This document shows positions 39,348 to 48,547 of a stretch of DNA of 64,000 nucleotides, one piece after another; the first letter of the stretch is position 1, and each line of letters starts with the position of its first letter. Source of the stretch: Planctomycetota bacterium (GTDB taxonomy: Bacteria > Planctomycetota > UBA1135 > UBA2386); assembly GCA_050245995.1 (NCBI GenBank), contig JBFWWV010000029.1, forward strand, positions 14,652 to 78,651, in the 5' to 3' direction. A program made the translations under genes and the position numbers. The notes under the pieces are model-generated. The model saw only the letters and a list, made by a program, of their open reading frames with translations. It was not told the origin of the DNA and searched no databases.

Positions 39348-39995
39348 CTACTTGTCCAGTTTCTGCAGCGCCGGGTGCGGCGAGTCCGGCCCGTAGGTCT
39401 TGAACACGTCGTCGAGCCCCGTGTGCCCGTACTCCGACTCCATCTGGCCGAGGCCCAGCGCACGCACGCTGCCGTCCCCCCACAGGATGTTCACGGTGCC
39501 GTCCGAGAACGCCCAGATCCCGCCTTCGTTGTCATTGGCGGCCAGCGCCTCCTTGGAGCTCTGGTCGCAGCCGCGGATGTACTCCTTGGCGCGCGCGGCG
39601 TAGTGCGTGTCCATCGAGCTGACCGACGCCAGGTCGGGCCAGATCTTCTCGCCGCGCTCGAGCTGCTCGCGCAGGGCCGACTTGTGCGGATCGTCGAGGC
39701 CGGGCGTCCAGAAGCGGTCGAAGTTCTGCACCGAGCGCTCGACGACGTTGCCGGTCCACAGCTCCAGCAGGAACTTGTGCCCGCCCTCGTTGGGCAGGCG
39801 CCGCAGCTTGTTGGGCGCCTTGGCGGTCTGCAGCCACTGGTACTGCTGCGCGAGATTGCGGCTGTCCGCCGTGACGTTCGCCTGCGTCTTGGTGCCGATG
39901 ATGTCGGGGAGGAACACGGCTGCCAGGGTGCCGATGATGGCGACCACGATCAGCAGCTCGATCAGGGTGAAGCCCGCGGAGCGGTTCGCTTGCAT
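39348..39995 (-). CDS. Prepilin-type N-terminal cleavage/methylation protein (type IV pilin or pseudopilin-like)
   Basis: AG|FTLIELLIVVAIIGTLAAVFLP; C-terminal VNILWGDGSV. Confidence 0.9.
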   Translation of the reverse strand: MQANRSAGFTLIELLIVVAIIGTLAAVFLPDIIGTKTQANVTADSRNLAQQYQWLQTAKAPNKLRRLPNEGGHKFLLELWTGNVVERSVQNFDRFWTPGLDDPHKSALREQLERGEKIWPDLASVSSMDTHYAARAKEYIRGCDQSSKEALAANDNEGGIWAFSDGTVNILWGDGSVRALGLGQMESEYGHTGLDDVFKTYGPDSPHPALQKLDK

Positions 39996-40216
39996 TCGAT
40001 TGGGTGGGGTCTGGTTCCGGGGAAGGGGCGACCGGGGCGGCGACTATAGCCCAATCCACCCGCTCGCGTAACGCCCGCAATCCCGCACCGCCGCGAACCG
40101 GCTGCCGTCGCGCCGAACCCCGCCGCGATCCCCGGGTACACGACGGCGGCGCGCGACCACCGCCCGGGGTCGCACGCCGCCATCCGAAGCGGATTCTCGT
40201 CGTTTCCCGGCGCTGC

Positions 40217-41203
40217 TCAGCGGCCGCCGTCGCCGTCCTGCGGCATCGGCTTCCCGACCGGCTCGACGATCGGCGTGACGCCCGGCGTCGGCGAGTCCTG
40301 CCACGGGTCGCTGGTCGGGCCCTCCGGCATCGACTGGCCCCCGTCGCCGTCGCCGTCGCCCTGGTCCTTCGGCGGCATCACCTGCACGCCGTCGTCGTCC
40401 ATCGGCGCGTCGTTCGGCATGTCGTTGGGCATGTCGTTCGGCATGTTGCCGTTGCCCTGGCCCGGGTTCATCGGATCCATCGGGTCGATGGGCTGCGGCT
40501 GCGTCCGCTCCATCGGATCCTGGTAGAGCGGGTCCGGCTCCGGCTGCATCTGCACCTCGCCCATCGGCTGCGCCGGCTGGCCCAGCTGGTAGCGCTGCGA
40601 GTAGCTGTTGGCGAAGAACGTGTCGCCCGAGTACTCGCCCCACCACTGGCGCCAGCCGAGCACCGCGACGCGGCGCTGGGTCTCGTTGTCGCTGAGGTGG
40701 TCGAAGCCGAAGTCGCGGCCGGTCGACGCCTTCAGCGCCTCGTGGCACAGGTAGCGCACTTCCTTCTTGGGGCTGTCCAGACCCTCGATCAGGGTCGGCG
40801 ACTGCTTGAGGTCGCCCATCGACACCAGCGAGCGCGCGGCCTCGAGCCGGACGGTCTCGTTGCTGTCCTTGGCCACCGGCTGCAGGTGCGGGATCGTGCG
40901 GCGGTCGCCGATGCGGCCGAGCGCCCACGCGCACGAGCTGCGGACCTTCGCCTGCTCGTGCTTGAGGCCCTTGAGCAGGGCGGGGATGGTCGACTCGCCG
41001 GTCTGCGTCAGCCACAGCAGGTTCTGCAGCAGCTCGTCGCGGTGCTGGAACGGGATCTGCTCGACGCGGCTCGTGATCTCGTCGGCCATCAGCGAGTTCG
41101 GCTGCGTGAAGCCGGTGTCTTCGTTGCCGGAGAACAGCGAGCAGCTGCCCAGCGCCGGGAGCACCGTCAGCAGCAGGGGAAGGAACAGGACCGAGATCCT
41201 CAT
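40217..41203 (-). CDS. HEAT-repeat lipoprotein with Pro/Met/Asp-rich tail
   Basis: Lipobox LGSC; VRSSCAWALGRIGD, VRLEAARSL, VRYLCHEAL; MPND x3 repeat. Confidence 0.8.
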   Translation of the reverse strand: MRISVLFLPLLLTVLPALGSCSLFSGNEDTGFTQPNSLMADEITSRVEQIPFQHRDELLQNLLWLTQTGESTIPALLKGLKHEQAKVRSSCAWALGRIGDRRTIPHLQPVAKDSNETVRLEAARSLVSMGDLKQSPTLIEGLDSPKKEVRYLCHEALKASTGRDFGFDHLSDNETQRRVAVLGWRQWWGEYSGDTFFANSYSQRYQLGQPAQPMGEVQMQPEPDPLYQDPMERTQPQPIDPMDPMNPGQGNGNMPNDMPNDMPNDAPMDDDGVQVMPPKDQGDGDGDGGQSMPEGPTSDPWQDSPTPGVTPIVEPVGKPMPQDGDGGR

Positions 41204-41507
41204 TGGGGGTAGCCTGGTTCGAAGGGAAACGATGCGTCGCACACGCTGCGTGCGAGACTCCGGCGGTATCGGCAGTGGCATCGGCCTTCTTGAGTGCCTT
41301 CCGCACGTTCGCGCCCCGTGGCATCGGAGATACGGCGTCATCGGACGTCATCCCCCGCCGATGCACGGGACGAGGTGGGCGGCGCGGCGGGCGATCTCCG
41401 GCCGCGCTTGCTGCGCGGCTTCCGGGCTGCCTAAGATCCGGGCCGCGCGACCCGGTCACAGGCGATCGGGGCGGTTGGGAACCCAGTGAACCCCCGAGGA
41501 GGGACCG

Positions 41508-41786
41508 ATGAACAAGGCAGATCTGATCGAGGAAGTGCAGCGCAGTCTCGGAGTCGAGTGCAGCAAGGCGCACGCGGAGAAGTGCGTGAACACGGTGCTG
41601 GCGTCGATCCAGCAGGGCCTGCAGAAGGACCGGGAGGTGCAGCTGGTCGGATTCGGCACCTTCGAGGTGAAGGACCGCAAGGCGCGCATGGGCCGCAACC
41701 CGCAGACCAAGGAGCCGATCCAGATCGCGGCGTCGCGGACCGTCGGCTTCCGCCCGGGCTCGGGCCTCAAGGACGGCGTCCGGTAG
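41508..41786 (+). CDS. hup: DNA-binding protein HU
   Basis: MNKADLI.., VQLVGFGTFEVKDRKARMGRNPQTKEPIQIAA..FRPG; GAGGAG RBS. Confidence 0.97.
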   Translation: MNKADLIEEVQRSLGVECSKAHAEKCVNTVLASIQQGLQKDREVQLVGFGTFEVKDRKARMGRNPQTKEPIQIAASRTVGFRPGSGLKDGVR

Positions 41787-41859
41787 CGACGGGCGCGGCG
41801 CGGGCCGCTGCCCGGGAGCCCGCGCGGTCAGCGGGTTCGCGGGCGGGCCGCGCTGGGGC

Positions 41860-42927
41860 TCAGTCCAGCCAGCCGCCGCCGAGCACCCGGTCGCCGTCGT
41901 AGAACACGGCCGCCTGGCCCGGGGTCACCGCGAACACCGGCTCGGCGAACGTCACCGCCACGCCGCCGTCGACCCGTACCTCGAGTTCGGCCGCGGCCGC
42001 CGCGCTGCGGGCCCGGACCTGCACGCTGGCGCGCAGCCGTTCGCCGGTGGCCGGCGGCTCGACCAGCCAGCGCACCCCCTGGACCGCGGCCGCGGCCGTC
42101 TCGAGCCCGGCGCGCGCGCGCACGGTCACGTCGCCGCTGTCCGGGTCGATCGCCGCCACGTAGTGCGGCGTCCCCAGCGCCGGCAGGCCGCGCCGCTGGC
42201 CCACCGTGAAGCCGTCGACCCCGTCGTGACGCCCGACCTCGCGGCCCGCGCCGTCGACGATCCGGCCCGGCCGACCGGCGCCGCCGCGCGCCCGCACGAC
42301 GTCGCGGTAGTCGCCCGACGTCACGAAGCAGATCTCCATCGACTCGGGCTTCTGCGCCGTGCGCAGGCCGGCCTGCGCGGCCAGGGCACGCACCTCGTCC
42401 TTGGGCAGGTCGCCGAGCGGGAAGTGCACCCGCGGCAGGACCGCGCGGTCGATGCCGAACAGGTAGTAGGTCTGGTCCTTGTTGCGATCGACCGGCCGGC
42501 GCAGCGCGTCCCCGTCGCGGCGGGCGTAGTGCCCGGTCGCCACCCCGTCGGCGCCGAGGTCCTGCGCCAGCTCGAAAACGTGTCCGAATTTGAGCTGCTG
42601 GTTGCACAACACACAGGGGTTGGGCGTGCGGCCGCGCCGGTACTCGGCCGCGAAGTGGTCGATCAGCGCCCCGAACTCCTGCTGGTAGTCGACGGAGTAG
42701 AACGGAATGCCGAGGCGATCGCAGACCAGCGCGGCGTCCCGCGCGTCGGACACCGAGCAGCACGACTTGTGGGCCGCCGCCGGCGCCGCGCCCCCGGCCT
42801 GGGCGGCGGCCGGCGCGGTGACCCCGTTGCGGAAGAACACTCCGACCACCTCGTGCCCTTGCTGCTGCAGGCGCAGCGCCGCGACGCTGCTGTCGACACC
42901 GCCCGACATGGCCGCGAGGATCCGCAT
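41860..42927 (-). CDS. mnmA: tRNA-specific 2-thiouridylase
   Basis: AMSGGVDSSVAA, TPNPCVLCNQQLKF, ATGHYA, KDQTYYL, KPESMEICF, GQRRGL, TPGQAAVFY. Confidence 0.97.
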   Translation of the reverse strand: MRILAAMSGGVDSSVAALRLQQQGHEVVGVFFRNGVTAPAAAQAGGAAPAAAHKSCCSVSDARDAALVCDRLGIPFYSVDYQQEFGALIDHFAAEYRRGRTPNPCVLCNQQLKFGHVFELAQDLGADGVATGHYARRDGDALRRPVDRNKDQTYYLFGIDRAVLPRVHFPLGDLPKDEVRALAAQAGLRTAQKPESMEICFVTSGDYRDVVRARGGAGRPGRIVDGAGREVGRHDGVDGFTVGQRRGLPALGTPHYVAAIDPDSGDVTVRARAGLETAAAAVQGVRWLVEPPATGERLRASVQVRARSAAAAAELEVRVDGGVAVTFAEPVFAVTPGQAAVFYDGDRVLGGGWLD

Positions 42928-43043
42928 GACAACGAAAGGTGTAGCCGCGGCCGGCGGGTTCCTATACTCCTCGCCCCCCCGATTCCGGGGACCGACCCCG
43001 ATCCCGACCCCCGCGCGCCCGCTCCGCCGGGCCGCCTGCCCCG

Positions 43044-43535
43044 ATGTCCCTGACGACCGCCACCATCCTCCTGCCGTTCGCCCAGCCGTTGACCCAGCCG
43101 GGCCAGCTCGTCCTCCAGCCGCAGGAACCCAAGTCCCAGCCCACCGCCCCGACCGAGCGCACCGACGCCGGCACGGCGACGCCGACCCAGCCGGGTGGCA
43201 CCGCGGGACCGCAGGGTCCGGGCGCGCCGCCGCAGGCGTGCGGCGGCGACATGGTCTGGATGATGGGCCTGTTCCTGGTCCTGATGTGGTTCATGGTCCT
43301 GCGGCCCGAGTCGAGGCGCCGCAAGGAGACCGCGGCGATGCTGCAGGCGCTGAAGACCGGCGACATCGTCGTCACGATCGGCGGCATGCACGGCCGCGTG
43401 CACTCGGTGCTCGAGAAGACCATCGTGCTGACCGTCGACGAGCAGAAGATGGTGTTCGATCGGACCGCGATCGCGCGCGTGGTCCGCGATGACGGCGCCA
43501 CGCCGGCGAGCGGCGGCAACCAGCAGAAGGCCTGA
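43044..43535 (+). CDS. yajC: Preprotein translocase subunit YajC with Pro/Thr-rich N-terminal extension
   Basis: Single TM then MWFMVLRPE..LKTGDIVVTIGGMHGRV..FDRTAIARV. Confidence 0.9.
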   Translation: MSLTTATILLPFAQPLTQPGQLVLQPQEPKSQPTAPTERTDAGTATPTQPGGTAGPQGPGAPPQACGGDMVWMMGLFLVLMWFMVLRPESRRRKETAAMLQALKTGDIVVTIGGMHGRVHSVLEKTIVLTVDEQKMVFDRTAIARVVRDDGATPASGGNQQKA

Positions 43536-44085
43536 CACCTCCGGCGCGGCCGGGGAGCGCCAGGCCGCCGCATTCCTGCGGCGCGCCGGCTACCGCCTGG
43601 TCGCCGCCAACCTGCGCACCGTGCACGCCGAGATCGACCTGCTGGTCCGCCGCCGCCGCACCGTCGTCGCGGTCGAGGTCAAGGCACGCCGCCACCACCC
43701 CGCGCCCGAGCGCCACGTCGACGGCGTCCGCCTCGATCGCCTGGGCCGCGCCCTGTGCGCCCTGGCACCGACGCTCCATCCGCGCCCGCGGCGGCTGCGC
43801 GTCGACGTCGTCGCCGTGCGCTGGCCCGACGCCGGCACCCAGGGTGTCGAGATCGTGCACGTACCGGGGCTGCGCACGTGGACCTACGACTCGATCGGAG
43901 CCAGAGCTTCGTCGAGCGCGGGCTGGCTTCCTGCCGATACCGGCGGATATGCAGGTCCCCCCGCGAACGCCGCCGCTGCCGTGCCCGGCCGGTGCGGTCG
44001 CGTCGTCCGCCTGCTGCTCGCCCCCCTGCGCAAGCTGCTCGGCCTGCCGCCGCTGAGTCGAGCCGTCCCGTCATGCCGTCGCTGA
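43489..44085 (+). CDS. yraN: YraN (UPF0102) family protein; start uncertain
   Basis: GAAGERQAAAFL..GY..AEIDLL..VAVEVK..RVDVVAV. Confidence 0.75.
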   Translation: MTAPRRRAAATSRRPDTSGAAGERQAAAFLRRAGYRLVAANLRTVHAEIDLLVRRRRTVVAVEVKARRHHPAPERHVDGVRLDRLGRALCALAPTLHPRPRRLRVDVVAVRWPDAGTQGVEIVHVPGLRTWTYDSIGARASSSAGWLPADTGGYAGPPANAAAAVPGRCGRVVRLLLAPLRKLLGLPPLSRAVPSCRR

Positions 44086-45518
44086 CCGAACAGATGATCC
44101 CGCGCCGCAAGCTGCTGCTCATGGGCAGCGAGTGCCTGCTGCTGACGGCGATCCTGTTCTTCGGCTCGAGCGTGCCGCCGCTCGCGGTGCGACCGCTGAC
44201 CGACGTGCCGTGGTACCCGGACCTGCTGCGCGGCGCGCTGACCAGCCTGACCATCGCGATCATCTGCCAGACGTCGCTGTCGTACAACGACCTGTACGAC
44301 TGGCGCACGGCGCAGAACCGCGCCGAGCTGCCCAACCGCCTGCTGCACGCCTGCGGCTACTCGCTGGTGATGCTCGCCGTGCTGGTGGTGCTGCTGCCGC
44401 GGCTGTTCTACTTCTCGAGCCTCGACGTCGCCGCGCAGACCTGGAAGCTGATCCTGCTGCTCGGCGTCGCGTTCGCGGCGATCTGGGGCTTCCGCCACGC
44501 GTTCCACTGGTTCTTCTACAAGTGGCGTTTCGGCGAGCGCGTGCTGGTGCTCGGCGCCGCCGAGGAGGCGCAGGCCCTGGCGCAGATGATCGCCGCCAAC
44601 CCGCTGGCCGGCTACGAGCTGATGGGCCTGGTGCAGGAGACCGACGACCCGGTGCCGCAGTTCAATCCCGACACGCCGGTGCACCTGCGCGTGGTCGGCG
44701 CGCTGCGCGACCTGCGCAAGCTGTGCGACCGCGAGGGCATCGCCCGCGTCGTCGTGTCGCTGCGCGAGCGCCGCGGCCGCGTGCCGATCGAACAGCTGCT
44801 CGACTGCCGCATGGCCGGCATCACCGTCGAAGAGCGCGAGACGATGTACGAGCGTCTGACCGGCAAGCTCGCCGTCGAGAGCATGCGGCCGAGCTACCTG
44901 ATCTTCGGCAGCGGCTTCGCGCGCGACCCGGTGACCCTGGCGCTCAAGCGCGTGCTCGACATCGTCGCGTCCTTCCTCGGCCTCGTGCTGTCGCTGCCGC
45001 TCAGCATCCTGGCCGCGATCGCCATCAAGCTCAGCAGCCGCGGACCGGTGCTGTTCACCCAGGAGCGCGTCGGCCAGGACGGCGAGCTGTTCCGCGTGAT
45101 GAAGTTCCGCACCATGCGCGTGGACGCCGAGAAGGAGTCGGGTCCCGTGTGGGCTTCGAAGAACGACGACCGCATCACCTTCGTCGGCAAGTTCCTGCGG
45201 CTCACGCGCATCGACGAGATCCCGCAGTTCCTGAACATCCTGACCGGCCACATGTCGTTCGTCGGCCCCCGCCCCGAACGCCCGCACTTCGTCGAGCAGC
45301 TGACCCAGGCGCTGCCGTTCTACCCGCTGCGCCACACCATCAAGCCAGGCCTGACCGGCTGGGCGCAGGTGTGTCATCCGTACGGCGCGTCGGTCGAGGA
45401 CGCGACCGAGAAGCTGCGCTACGACCTGTACTACATCAAGAACGTCAGCCTGCTGTTCGACCTGAACATCATCCTCAGGACGATCGGCGTGATCCTGCTG
45501 GGCAAGGGCGCGCGGTAG
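44073..45518 (+). CDS. Polyprenyl glycosylphosphotransferase (WcaJ/PEP-CTERM-type sugar transferase)
   Basis: N-terminal TMs; KRVLDIV, QERVGQDG, KFRTM, DDRITFVGKFLR..RIDEIPQF, GPRPERP, KPGLTGWAQV, DLYYIKN. Confidence 0.95.
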   Translation: MPSLTEQMIPRRKLLLMGSECLLLTAILFFGSSVPPLAVRPLTDVPWYPDLLRGALTSLTIAIICQTSLSYNDLYDWRTAQNRAELPNRLLHACGYSLVMLAVLVVLLPRLFYFSSLDVAAQTWKLILLLGVAFAAIWGFRHAFHWFFYKWRFGERVLVLGAAEEAQALAQMIAANPLAGYELMGLVQETDDPVPQFNPDTPVHLRVVGALRDLRKLCDREGIARVVVSLRERRGRVPIEQLLDCRMAGITVEERETMYERLTGKLAVESMRPSYLIFGSGFARDPVTLALKRVLDIVASFLGLVLSLPLSILAAIAIKLSSRGPVLFTQERVGQDGELFRVMKFRTMRVDAEKESGPVWASKNDDRITFVGKFLRLTRIDEIPQFLNILTGHMSFVGPRPERPHFVEQLTQALPFYPLRHTIKPGLTGWAQVCHPYGASVEDATEKLRYDLYYIKNVSLLFDLNIILRTIGVILLGKGAR

Positions 45519-45960
45519 CAGACATGCTGCGGCGCAGGCAGGCGCGCGGAGCGCGCCTGCGCGCCGCGCGCGCGGACGCGGTCCGCGCGCCGGAGGCGAC
45601 CGACGACACGGGTGCGGGGGCGCAACACCCGCGACGAGCGCATCCGCGCAGAAGGGGAACGCATCTGCTCCGGGGCCGCCGCGGCCGGTCCGGCTGGCAC
45701 GCGCCGCGCCGCGTTCGGCATCCGCGAGGCGAAGCAACGGACGCGTCACGGCGCGTGCGGGCCGGCCCGGGCCGCTGCTGCGGCCACGACGTTCGGGCTG
45801 GGTCGCGCTTTGCGCCCCGCGAAGACGGGGGGCGCAAAGCTGAATACCAAGAGCGGGGACGCGACGGGAACACAACCGCCCAGCTCGCGGCTTCGGCTCG
45901 CTCGCTGACGCTCGCTCGCGCGCCGCGGCATCCGATCGGCCTTTGGCGGCGTCGCTGCGG
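45519..45960. repeat. Family C element, copy 1
   Basis: Begins CAGACATGCTGCGGCGCAGG right after the TAG; homologous along ~430 bp to both arms at 48548-49410. Confidence 0.85.
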
Positions 45961-46326
45961 CGCGGAGTGGCGCCGTGGTGTCCTGTCGGCTCGAGGCGGC
46001 CGCAGGGGCGGCTGTGGAGGTGCCAGCGTCGCTCGATCGTGGAGCAGAGCCGGTCGAGGTGGCAGCCATCGCCGAAGTTGCGGAGATCGGGCTCGGCTGT
46101 GCGGTGCACGCCAGCACGACGAGGTCCTGGTGGATCGCCGGCGCATGCCGATCCAGCTCCGAGACCTCCGCCCACGGCTCGCAGGCGGACAGCACCAGGA
46201 TCGGCTGGAAGGACACCCGCAGGGAGCGACGCATGTCCCGCGTTCGCAACCGCCGTTCCAGGGGCACAAGGGCCGCCTTGCGGACCGGTTTGGATATGGT
46301 GCCGCCACCTGACCCAGGAGGAAGTC

Positions 46327-48525
46327 ATGATGCAGACCAGTTCCGACCCGACACGCCGCGTGGACGCTCGTCGGCCGCACCCTGGTGCCTGCTTCGCGGC
46401 AGCGATCCTGCTCGCTTCGACCGCGAGCGCGCAGCGGACTTGGGCACGGCCGACGCAGATGCAGTCGCCGACCGAGGCGTCGGTCCTCGCCTACGACCCC
46501 GCGCGACAACGCACGGTCATGTACCAGGTCTGGAATGGCTTCCCCAGCGAGACCTGGGAGTGGGACGGCGTGCGCTGGCAGCCGACCGCGGTCGGTGGTC
46601 CGGCCGGGACCAGCCCTGGGATCGGAGCCGACCCGATGGCGTGGGAGTCCACCTCGGGCCACATGTTCATGATCTCCAACTCACAGCTGTGGGAGTACGA
46701 CGGGGCGGCCTGGACCCAGAAGCCGCAAGCACAGCCGTTCGGCAGCCGACTCGTCAGTGCCGGTGGCATCCTCTACCGGACCGAACAGGCGCCTGGCGGG
46801 GGATGCTTCAGCTTTCGTCCAGAGCACGTCGTGTCGCAGTGGGACCCGGCCTTGCAGACCTTTGTCCGCACCGCCGGCACGTGCGCGGACGTTGTCGGCC
46901 ACGCTGGCTTGTTCGTCGACTACGGCGGCCAACTCGCGTTCGTCGGCTGGACCAATACAGCTCTGGGTCAGGTCTACCTGGTCGCACACGGCGCAACCAA
47001 CCCGCCGTGGACACCGATCGGCGCGCCACTCGGGTTGAACCCCAATGGTGTCGCCATGTTGGCGTACGACTCCAGCGCCGGTCACTTGCACCTCTACGCC
47101 ACATACCAACCACAGCACTATCGCTTCGACGGCGTTGGATGGTCCCCGGTCTCTCCGGGCTCGCTGCCGCCCGGCGATCCGGGGTTCGGCGTGCCCTACC
47201 ATCTGGCCTATGACGCCGCGAGAGCGCGCATGGTCCTGTTCCTGCCGACGACCAACGAGACCTGGGAGTTCGATGGCGCAGCCTGGTCGCGTCGCGACGT
47301 CGGCCTGGCCAAGGACATCTCGTTCGCCAGCATGACCCATGACGCGCTGCACAACGAGACGGTCCTGTTCGGCTCGGTGTCTTCAGGCGACGAGACCTTC
47401 CTGTGGCGCGGCGATCGCTGGCGTCGGGCCGAGCCGTCGACGCGGCCACCGGGGCGCGCTGCCCCGCTCATGGTCTTCGACCGCTCGCGGAACACCGTGC
47501 TGCTGCACGGCGGCAGTTCGACCACCAGTCAACGGAACGACACGTGGGAGTGGAACGGAACCGACTGGACCGACCGATCGCCGCCGCCGGCGCTGCGACC
47601 TCCGCTGCGAATCGCGGGGACGACCTCGATGGCGTTCCACGATTCCACCAGCACAGCGATCCTGTTCAGCGGCACGAACCCCTCGACCGCGACCGCCCTC
47701 GGCGACACCTGGGAGTGGAATGGCACCAACGGCACGTGGACGCAGCGCTTCCCTGCAGGCCCGACACCGGGAGCACGTTTCGGTCACGTGATGACCTACG
47801 ACGTCGCGAACAGTCGCATCCTGTTGTTCGGCGGCGGCAGCTCGGCGACGCCATTCTTGATCGACACATGGGGCTGGGATGGCACCACGTGGACGCAGCT
47901 GAGCGCCACGGGTCCTGGCAACACCTTCCGCCAACTCGGCTACGACCGCGACCGCGGCATTGCGATTCTGTTCACCAACAACGGGACGGGACCGGTGGCG
48001 ACGTGGGAGTTCGACGGCATCACTTGGCAGCCCGTCGCCGCGACCAACGAGCCCGGCGGCGGGGCGTGTCGCGTGGGGCTCCCGACCTACGAGGACTCGC
48101 GCCGCCAGCTCTTGACGGTGACTGCGGTCTATGGCTCCAACGGTTCTGCACGCCTCGAGACCTGGATCTACCTGCCCGTGCCCCCCGGCCCCTACGGCAC
48201 CGGCTGCGCCGGCACCGGCGGCCTCGTGCCGCAGCTGTCGGTGACCGGCCGCCTCGACGTATCGCTGCAGCAGGCACTGCCGTCGTCGCTGGCGATCCTC
48301 GGCTTCGGCATCCAGCGAGCCAGCTTCCCGCTGCTCGGCTGTTCGCTGCTGATCGATCCGATCTTCCGCACCGACCTGCTGTTCCTCGACGGCACCGGTG
48401 CGGCGGGGACCTCGCTGCCGGTGCCGTTCGACCTCGCGGGCGTCGTGACGTTCCAGGCGGCGGTCTTCGACGCCGCGGCGCCCGGCGGCCTGTCGTTCAG
48501 CAACGCGGTCGAAGCCCGATTCTGA
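46327..48525 (+). CDS. Secreted Kelch-like repeat beta-propeller protein with GxGC..GC..SN C-terminal module
   Basis: AGGAGG RBS; signal peptide; about 12 TWEWDG/TWEFDG-type blades; more A/T-ending codons than neighbours. Confidence 0.85.
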   Translation: MMQTSSDPTRRVDARRPHPGACFAAAILLASTASAQRTWARPTQMQSPTEASVLAYDPARQRTVMYQVWNGFPSETWEWDGVRWQPTAVGGPAGTSPGIGADPMAWESTSGHMFMISNSQLWEYDGAAWTQKPQAQPFGSRLVSAGGILYRTEQAPGGGCFSFRPEHVVSQWDPALQTFVRTAGTCADVVGHAGLFVDYGGQLAFVGWTNTALGQVYLVAHGATNPPWTPIGAPLGLNPNGVAMLAYDSSAGHLHLYATYQPQHYRFDGVGWSPVSPGSLPPGDPGFGVPYHLAYDAARARMVLFLPTTNETWEFDGAAWSRRDVGLAKDISFASMTHDALHNETVLFGSVSSGDETFLWRGDRWRRAEPSTRPPGRAAPLMVFDRSRNTVLLHGGSSTTSQRNDTWEWNGTDWTDRSPPPALRPPLRIAGTTSMAFHDSTSTAILFSGTNPSTATALGDTWEWNGTNGTWTQRFPAGPTPGARFGHVMTYDVANSRILLFGGGSSATPFLIDTWGWDGTTWTQLSATGPGNTFRQLGYDRDRGIAILFTNNGTGPVATWEFDGITWQPVAATNEPGGGACRVGLPTYEDSRRQLLTVTAVYGSNGSARLETWIYLPVPPGPYGTGCAGTGGLVPQLSVTGRLDVSLQQALPSSLAILGFGIQRASFPLLGCSLLIDPIFRTDLLFLDGTGAAGTSLPVPFDLAGVVTFQAAVFDAAAPGGLSFSNAVEARF

Positions 48526-48547
48526 CCCGTACCGGCGATCGCCGCGG

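Noticed and set aside
45805-45845. GGGGCGCAAAGC as part of a c-di-GMP-I riboswitch
   Set aside because: Its 5' partner is a perfect complement (GCTTTGCGCCCC), not GGCAAACC; it is an internal hairpin of the C repeat
45746-46267. Minus-strand ORF between C1 and the Kelch gene
   Set aside because: 3' half runs through the repeat and is Ser/Ala low-complexity; no recognisable family; possibly a remnant but unsupported
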